Shown here: one piece after another, positions 58,238 to 64,000 of the stretch
Layout of the letters: each line of letters begins with the position of its first letter
How positions within the stretch are numbered: the stretch's first letter is position 1
Source: Candidatus Moraniibacteriota bacterium
GTDB taxonomy: Bacteria > Patescibacteriota > Minisyncoccia > Moranbacterales > UBA2206
NCBI GenBank assembly: GCA_026396175.1
Contig: JAPLXG010000013.1
Coordinates: forward strand, 65,267 to 129,266
Length of the DNA stretch: 64,000 nt
Reading direction: 5' to 3'
The notes under the pieces: generated by a model
The model's input: the letters and a program-made list of their open reading frames with translations, nothing else
The model's database searches: none
Told to the model about the DNA's origin: nothing
Program-made: the position numbers and the translations under genes

Positions 58238-59422
58238 TTATTGCAAGTATTTTTCCTTAAACTTCCCTCCCAAAATCTGCTCAATCTGTTTTTTGAAAAC
58301 ATCTCTCCCGCCCAAGCCATAGACAATGCTTTGTATTTGGTATTTAGTATCTGGCCCGCCTGCCGACGAGGCAGGTATTTGGTATAGGGAATTAATTATC
58401 TCAGAATACAAAGGTGGATGAGAGCCAATTGATTGCGCGCGATCCATCACAATTATTTCTTTGGCCTTTTTTAATGCACCGGCAATTTCCGCAAACGGAA
58501 ACGGCCGAAATAATTCAATTTTAATAAGCCCGACTTTCATGTTTCTCTTTTTTAATTCATCAACCGCATCCTTGGCTGTGCCTGCAACTGACCCGATCAA
58601 CACTAAAACTTTTTCCGCGTCTTTTACGTTGTATTCTTCAAATAAACCATATTTTCTGCCACTAATTTTCTCATATTCTTCTGTGACTTTTCTGTACTCT
58701 TCTGTGACCTTTTCTGTGGCCAATTCTTGATCAATCTTGAATTCAAAATAGGATTCTTGCAGGGCGACTGGACCATAGGTCACCGGGTTTTCAATGTCGA
58801 GCAGCGAATGTTCCGGAAGATAGTCTCCGATAAATTTTTTGACAATTTCGGCATCCAAAATTTCTAAATTTTCCACACTGTGCGAAGTATTAAATCCGTC
58901 CATAATCACCATTACCGGCAACCCAACGCGTTCGGCCAGTTTCATTCCGATGATTGTTTTGTCATAGACTTCCTGTGGATTTTCACAAAAAATTTGAATC
59001 CAGCCAGAGTCACGAGAACCCATCACATCACTGTGATCACCGTGAATGCTAAGCGGTGCTGAGAGCGCACGCGCCGCTACAACCATCAGAATCGGCAAAC
59101 GCATACCCGAGGCGATATAGAGCATTTCGTGCATATACGCCAAGCCCTGTGAGCTTGTGGCCGTCACTGTGCGCGCTCCGGCCGCTGAAGCGCCAATCGC
59201 CGCGCTCATCGCGCTATGCTCCGATTCCACTTCAATCATTTCCGTCTCCACCTCGCCGTCCGCCACAAATTTGGCATACGTTTCAATGATCGGTGTCTGT
59301 GGAGTAATCGGATAGACAGGCATCACATCCGGCTCAATTTGCTTCAAAGCGTACGCTGCTGCGTACCCACCAGTCAATGCTCTTCTGGTATTTGGTATTT
59401 TGTATTTAGTATTTGGTATCAT
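58238..59422 (-). CDS. porA: Pyruvate:ferredoxin oxidoreductase alpha subunit
   Basis: YPITPQT, ESEHSA, TATSSQGL, FRPFP, GLGGRD. Confidence 0.93.
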   Translation of the reverse strand: MIPNTKYKIPNTRRALTGGYAAAYALKQIEPDVMPVYPITPQTPIIETYAKFVADGEVETEMIEVESEHSAMSAAIGASAAGARTVTATSSQGLAYMHEMLYIASGMRLPILMVVAARALSAPLSIHGDHSDVMGSRDSGWIQIFCENPQEVYDKTIIGMKLAERVGLPVMVIMDGFNTSHSVENLEILDAEIVKKFIGDYLPEHSLLDIENPVTYGPVALQESYFEFKIDQELATEKVTEEYRKVTEEYEKISGRKYGLFEEYNVKDAEKVLVLIGSVAGTAKDAVDELKKRNMKVGLIKIELFRPFPFAEIAGALKKAKEIIVMDRAQSIGSHPPLYSEIINSLYQIPASSAGGPDTKYQIQSIVYGLGGRDVFKKQIEQILGGKFKEKYLQ

Positions 59423-59790
59423 GAATTTTTAATTCTCTTTAGGCCACTTATGAGCTTTGCTACTCTTATGCTTTGTGCCGCCAGTTTATCAAACTCTTCT
59501 TTTTTTAGATACTTTGTATCTCTTGCGATTATCAGTTGATTTTGAAGTTCGGTCAATGAGCCATGCGCCATACAATAAAATTGATATTTATCTTTCGAAG
59601 TATTCCTGCTGAAACCTTCTGCGATATTAGAAGTGATAGAAACAGCCGCTCTGCGCATTTGATTTGTCAATCCGAATATCTCTTTACTTGGAAATTTTTC
59701 GGTTACTTTATAAACTATCAAAACAAATTTATGCCCTTCCTGCCAAGCAACCAAATCTGTAAAGGATCTTATTTTTATTTTTTGTTCCAT
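59419..59790 (-). CDS. Four-helix-bundle protein (23S-IVS/Avd-like family)
   Basis: F.DL.AWQ, FP..E.FGLT.QMRRAAVSI.SNIAEG, A.GS..E...QL. Confidence 0.92.
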   Translation of the reverse strand: MEQKIKIRSFTDLVAWQEGHKFVLIVYKVTEKFPSKEIFGLTNQMRRAAVSITSNIAEGFSRNTSKDKYQFYCMAHGSLTELQNQLIIARDTKYLKKEEFDKLAAQSIRVAKLISGLKRIKNS

Positions 59791-59805
59791 ACTATATACC
59801 AAATA

Positions 59806-60117
59806 CTATCTACCAGATACCATTTTAATTGCGCGGGCGGGGCAAACCTGAGCGCAAACTCCGCATCCTTTGCAAAATTCATAATCTATTTCCGCAATGC
59901 CTTTTTTATTCTTACTATTCACTGACTTCTGCTTGCCTGCCGAAGCCTTAGTGTAGGCAGGCTCACTGCTCATTGTTATCGAAGCATCGGGACAAAACGG
60001 CACGCAAGTCGCGCAACCGATGCATTTATCTTTGTCCACTTCCGGCTTCATATACCGCCAAGAACCAGTCCGGGGAGATTTTTTGATATCGTGTTTGATG
60101 ATTGCACCGTGCTCCAT
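59806..60117 (-). CDS. porD: Pyruvate:ferredoxin oxidoreductase delta subunit (2x[4Fe-4S])
   Basis: TGSWR..P, CIGCATC...CP, CKGCGVCA.VCP. Confidence 0.92.
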   Translation of the reverse strand: MEHGAIIKHDIKKSPRTGSWRYMKPEVDKDKCIGCATCVPFCPDASITMSSEPAYTKASAGKQKSVNSKNKKGIAEIDYEFCKGCGVCAQVCPARAIKMVSGR

Positions 60118-60123
60118 GTGAGT

Positions 60124-60587
60124 TCTTTACTAATTACGAATAGCTTACTAATATACTAATTTTTGCTATTTAATATTTACAATTCTTTTATATCTAATTC
60201 CGTCGTTGGTAAAATAAACCAAGATTCCTAACTTTAAATTCACTGCTTTGAGATAAGAATATAGTTGCTCTATATCTTTCTTGGAAAAATAATTCTTCTG
60301 TTTTAATTCGATAACAATCCTATCTAGAACCAAAAAGTCAAAAAGATAGTATCCAATTTCTTTGCCTTTAAACTTTACTCTTGCTTTTAACTGCTCCTTG
60401 AGGGTTATGCCGTTTTCAGTAAAAATATTAGCAACTGCTTTTTGATAAAACTTTTCTTTATGTCCGTAACCAACATTATTAAAAACCTCAAAAATAAGCC
60501 CGATAATTTTATAACACTCCTCTTTATAAATTAACTCCTCCCTTGCTCTCATTAGTATATTCGTACACAATTAGTAATTCGTAAAGA
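60124..60587. mobile_element. 464-bp element with 37-bp imperfect terminal inverted repeats (31/37) carrying a GxxExxY gene
   Basis: Arms 60124-60160 and 60551-60587; right arm abuts the porC stop codon. Confidence 0.8.
60166..60552 (-). CDS. GxxExxY protein (PD-(D/E)XK-like fold)
   Basis: GHKEKFY, DFLV...IVIELK, QL.SYL....KLG.L.YF. Confidence 0.9.
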   Translation of the reverse strand: MRAREELIYKEECYKIIGLIFEVFNNVGYGHKEKFYQKAVANIFTENGITLKEQLKARVKFKGKEIGYYLFDFLVLDRIVIELKQKNYFSKKDIEQLYSYLKAVNLKLGILVYFTNDGIRYKRIVNIK

Positions 60588-61157
60588 CTACACTACATCA
60601 TATGCCTTCTCAATCGCCAAAATATTCTTTTCACAATTTTCTTTCCCAATCTTATCTTCAAAAATCTTGCGGAATTCTTCGAGGATACTTTCCAGCTTCA
60701 CCACTTCGGTCACTTTGATGATTTTGCCCAAAATCACTGTGTTTGGCCTTGGTTGACCAACGATGGCCATGGAAATTCCATTGGCATCCACGGCGTGAAT
60801 TTTTCCATCAAAACGAATAATGTCCCTGATTTCATGCGGGTGCTTGGTGGAATTGATAATCAACGCTTCATTTTTGTCCAAGCCTTCCGTCACCTTCTGA
60901 CTATCGAGCAGTGTGTCGTCGAGTACAACAACCACATCCGGATCAACCACCGGCTCCTTGGTACGAATAGCCTTGTTCGAGATGCGCAAATAGGTCTTGG
61001 TCGGCGCACCGCTCCGTTCCGGACCGAAGTTAGGAAAAGTTTGCACAAAATTCCCTTCAAGCACCGCCGCCTGCGCAATAATTTCCGCGGCCGTCTTTGC
61101 CCCTTGCCCGCCCCGCGCAAAAAAGATAATTTCCATTGTGTCCTTGTGATACTTCAT
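60588..61157 (-). CDS. porC: Pyruvate:ferredoxin oxidoreductase gamma subunit
   Basis: RGGQGA.TA, FP.FGPERSGAP, PNT..LG. Confidence 0.92.
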   Translation of the reverse strand: MKYHKDTMEIIFFARGGQGAKTAAEIIAQAAVLEGNFVQTFPNFGPERSGAPTKTYLRISNKAIRTKEPVVDPDVVVVLDDTLLDSQKVTEGLDKNEALIINSTKHPHEIRDIIRFDGKIHAVDANGISMAIVGQPRPNTVILGKIIKVTEVVKLESILEEFRKIFEDKIGKENCEKNILAIEKAYDVV

Positions 61158-61342
61158 GTAGTCTCTACGAATTACGAATTTATACGAATATACGAATTCA
61201 GTAAATTAAAAACAACATTTACTTACTAAGATAAGTATAGCACAAAAAGACACACAAAAATAGAGCTGAAATAAAAAAGCTGTTCCGAGTCATTCCGACC
61301 AAGAACAGCTCGATTATACCCGCAGCATCTACACCGGCGTAG

Positions 61343-61690
61343 TTACTCCGTAGGCATGGTTACCACCCTACCATTCTGCAAAAATGTTTTACAGTTAAAA
61401 ACGGGAGAAGAAAAAACAACCTCTACCTCATCCCCTTCTCCCATTCCCAGTGCAGCAAAGGCGAACGCTGCAGCCTTGTGATCACCACCAGCATCACGGC
61501 AAGATGGTGTAATTTTGATGAAATCTCCCCTGTTTTCACTGCCGGCGAACCGATCCGCCTCGGGATAGAAAGAGACAACGACCTTCGGTCTTTCAGGGAA
61601 GGACACTTTCATCGAATTAACAATAAAAGACCGGATTGCCTTTTTGCGCTTTTTAATCTTTCCCTTAAAACCATGAACCTCAATTTCCAT
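61343..61690 (-). CDS. Small hypothetical protein
   Basis: AAGGAGG SD upstream of ATG. Confidence 0.6.
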   Translation of the reverse strand: MEIEVHGFKGKIKKRKKAIRSFIVNSMKVSFPERPKVVVSFYPEADRFAGSENRGDFIKITPSCRDAGGDHKAAAFAFAALGMGEGDEVEVVFSSPVFNCKTFLQNGRVVTMPTE

Positions 61691-61799
61691 AGCATACCTC
61701 CTTCATTAGAAAAATGTGCACTGCAACCTTCCACTGCCAGATACTTCGTTGAAGTATTTTGGCGCTCTAGAATATACGAACACTGCCAAATAAACAAAT

Positions 61800-62852
61800 C
61801 TATTTACTCAATTCCCCATCAATCGCTGTTTTCAGTTGATCATAGGAAACCGCGCCCTCTTGGAATTGGTCGTTGACAAATACTCCCGGAGTTCCGGAAA
61901 CGCCGAAGCTGTCGGCTTCTGATTTATCGCTGTCGATCTTAGCTTGATATTTTTTGCTATCCAAACATTGATTGAATTTGGCGGCGTCGAGTCTCAAGGT
62001 TCTGGCATATTCTTTGAATTTATTGGTGTCTTTGGCTGCGCCCCAGACTGTTTGGTCGGCATAAAGCTTGTCAGCATATTCCCAGAATTTTCCTTGCTCC
62101 AGTGCGCAATTCGCCGCGAGAGCCGCGCCGTTGGCTTGCAGATGAGATTCTAGTGGCAAGAATTTATAATCAAACGCAACTTTGTCGCCATAATTTTTCA
62201 TCGCATCGCGCATTGCTTTGTGAAAAAGCTTGCAATAAGGACATTGAAAATCGGAGAAAACCACAACCTTGACTCTCGCGTCTTTTGCTCCCGCCACGGC
62301 ATCGCCATCATTTATGCCGGGAGTCGCAAGATACTTTCCCACTGGGATGCCAATATCTTGCGTCCGCAAAGAATACTGGGTATCTTTTTGATCAAAGAGC
62401 GTCTGCGCTTGAGTATAGAAATCGGTCTTAGTGACAGCCGCGTCAAAAACAAAAGCGGGCAAAGTTTTGATGCCAAATTTATCAATCAACGCCTTTCCCG
62501 CATCTGAATTGTATTCCACTTTTTCCGTGGAAACGGTCGGCACAATGCGTCGGAGCCACACCAAAACATCATCGACATTGCATTTATCACAAGCGCTATC
62601 ATTGATCACGGAAACTGTCACGGCTGGCTCACTATAAGCCACCCAGGTTTTTCCGCTGGCTTCAAAGATGTCGGATTTGCCAAGATTCTTGGCGGAAAAA
62701 CCACTTTTTTGAATGAGCTGAGCGGTGTCGATAAACAGACTGCCCACAAACATTCCCGCGAGTAAAATGATGACGGAAATTAAATTTTGCATTTTTTTCT
62801 TTTGCTCGGCTTTTTCCTCGGCCTCAATTTCTTTGAAAATATCTTCTTCCAT
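61800..62852 (-). CDS. Membrane-anchored DsbA-like thioredoxin-fold protein
   Basis: FSDFQCPYC, A.CA.EQGKFW, GVSGTP; extra N-terminal CDKC domain. Confidence 0.88.
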   Translation of the reverse strand: MEEDIFKEIEAEEKAEQKKKMQNLISVIILLAGMFVGSLFIDTAQLIQKSGFSAKNLGKSDIFEASGKTWVAYSEPAVTVSVINDSACDKCNVDDVLVWLRRIVPTVSTEKVEYNSDAGKALIDKFGIKTLPAFVFDAAVTKTDFYTQAQTLFDQKDTQYSLRTQDIGIPVGKYLATPGINDGDAVAGAKDARVKVVVFSDFQCPYCKLFHKAMRDAMKNYGDKVAFDYKFLPLESHLQANGAALAANCALEQGKFWEYADKLYADQTVWGAAKDTNKFKEYARTLRLDAAKFNQCLDSKKYQAKIDSDKSEADSFGVSGTPGVFVNDQFQEGAVSYDQLKTAIDGELSK

Positions 62853-62876
62853 AAAATTAGTTTAAATTTATTATTA

Positions 62877-63078
62877 TGACTTAAGCATTTAAATTAAAAT
62901 TGTCATCCTGAGCGAAGCGAAGCGAAGTCGAAGGATCTACTTTCCATTATCGTAAGCTCTGTTGTTAAGTAGAAAGCCCTGGGTTACGGTTAGCAGATCC
63001 TTCGACTGCGTCCCGAGTACGGGACTTCGCTCAGGATGACAGAACTGTGTTGTTTTCCGGAAAATGTGTAAGTCCTGA
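62877..63078. mobile_element. Nested palindromic MITE-like element, copy 4
   Basis: Same arms; inner spacer is the reverse complement of that in copy 2. Confidence 0.8.
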
Positions 63079-63091
63079 TTTATACTAAGCT

Positions 63092-63553
63092 TTAATTTTG
63101 TACTTGATTAGTTGCCCCTCCCGAGCTGCTCTGTCCGCTATCTGGCACCGGGGCGCTGCCTGAATCAGTTGCACCGCCCGAATCAGTCGCATTTCCCGAA
63201 GTAACATCCCCGCTCTGATTCGCGGCCGCGGCCTGCGCTTGCTTTTGCAAGTTGGTCTGAATATCATTGATATTATAGCTCTGCGATTTTATCTTCATCA
63301 GATAGTCATCATAACCGATAGTAATTTTCTTGAGCGCTTCAGTTTTCACCGCAATACCGATCAGCAGTCCTAGAATAAAAGTCAAAATCAAGCGGGAACG
63401 AAATTCCGCTTTCATTTTTTTGGCCAGCGCTTCCCGATCAAGTTCAGCGTCAGCGGTCATAACTTCTTCCGTCTTTTCTTTTTGCGGTTCTTCAGAAGCA
63501 ACATCCTGAGAAATTTCCGCATCTTGAATCTTGTTTTCTTCGTTGGTTTCCAT
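63092..63553 (-). CDS. Hypothetical single-pass membrane protein
   Basis: Acidic N-terminus, one TM, low-complexity C-terminus. Confidence 0.65.
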   Translation of the reverse strand: METNEENKIQDAEISQDVASEEPQKEKTEEVMTADAELDREALAKKMKAEFRSRLILTFILGLLIGIAVKTEALKKITIGYDDYLMKIKSQSYNINDIQTNLQKQAQAAAANQSGDVTSGNATDSGGATDSGSAPVPDSGQSSSGGATNQVQN

Positions 63554-63657
63554 GTAGTTGCAAGGTTATTGCTTAAGTTCCTTTTCAAGCAGTCTACCAC
63601 AAACAAAAAAGCGCTACAACTTGCGCTTTTTGGGATTTATTGTGTAATTTTTATGCC

Positions 63658-64000
63658 CTAATCTTTTCTGAGTGCTTCCATCGGACTTAACCGCGAAGCC
63701 GCGCGAGCTGGGTAATAGCCGAAGATGACTCCGGTTGCCACGGAAAAACCCACGGCGAGGCTAATCGCATTTACGCTAAGACCAAAATTTATCGGAAAAC
63801 CAAAAGAAGCGGCAGCGTAAGAAAGCACGAGTAGCAAGAGATAGCCTAAAATTATTCCCACCATTCCGCCAAAAAAAGTGATGAAGATCGCTTCCCAGAG
63901 AAACTGGCGCAAAATATTTTTGGCTTTAGCACCAACCGCTTTTCGCAGACCAATCTCAAATGTCCGCTCAGCGACCGCCACATACATCACATTCATAATC
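63658..64000 (-). CDS. MacB/FtsX-family ABC permease, 3' part
   Basis: V.ERT.EIGLRKAVGA, G.YPA..A..L.P.EALR. Confidence 0.9.
   Translation of the reverse strand, partial: IMNVMYVAVAERTFEIGLRKAVGAKAKNILRQFLWEAIFITFFGGMVGIILGYLLLLVLSYAAASFGFPINFGLSVNAISLAVGFSVATGVIFGYYPARAASRLSPMEALRKD

Noticed and set aside
57832-59790. Diversity-generating retroelement suggested by Avd-like four-helix genes
   Set aside because: No reverse transcriptase and no TR/VR pair differing at adenines was seen in the window.

Overview
A 64-kb chromosomal segment in standard genetic code, most likely from a Patescibacteria/CPR (Parcubacteria-like) bacterium. This is inferred from gene content, a short SMC, frequent leaderless starts and the repeat types. 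The backbone is housekeeping: mreBC, rseP, frr, hrcA-grpE-dnaK...dnaJ with two CIRCE sites, mltG, trxAB, uppS, smc, cysS, dnaB, recR, rplU, ispH, ftsAZ, ybeY, elp3, rlmN, a four-subunit pyruvate:ferredoxin oxidoreductase operon and tRNA-Lys/Glu/Gln. Three things stand out. (1) A five-gene defence operon (RadC-Dcm fusion, HpaII-family endonuclease, Vsr, CdnE-like CD-NTase, Cap15-like effector) lies between 17-bp perfect inverted repeats. (2) There is a set of tiny single-gene elements (GxxExxY, four-helix-bundle, GIY-YIG), each bracketed by its own family of inverted repeats, with gene-less copies of the same arms elsewhere; three of them occupy every junction of the por operon. (3) GC-rich micro-palindromes and REP/MITE-like elements insert in-frame into at least 11 housekeeping genes, nest inside each other, and replace arms of duplicated tRNA copies next to a GIY-YIG gene. 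A promoter-driven ~128-nt rod-like ncRNA candidate is also present. All family calls come from motif recognition by eye; no database searches were run.
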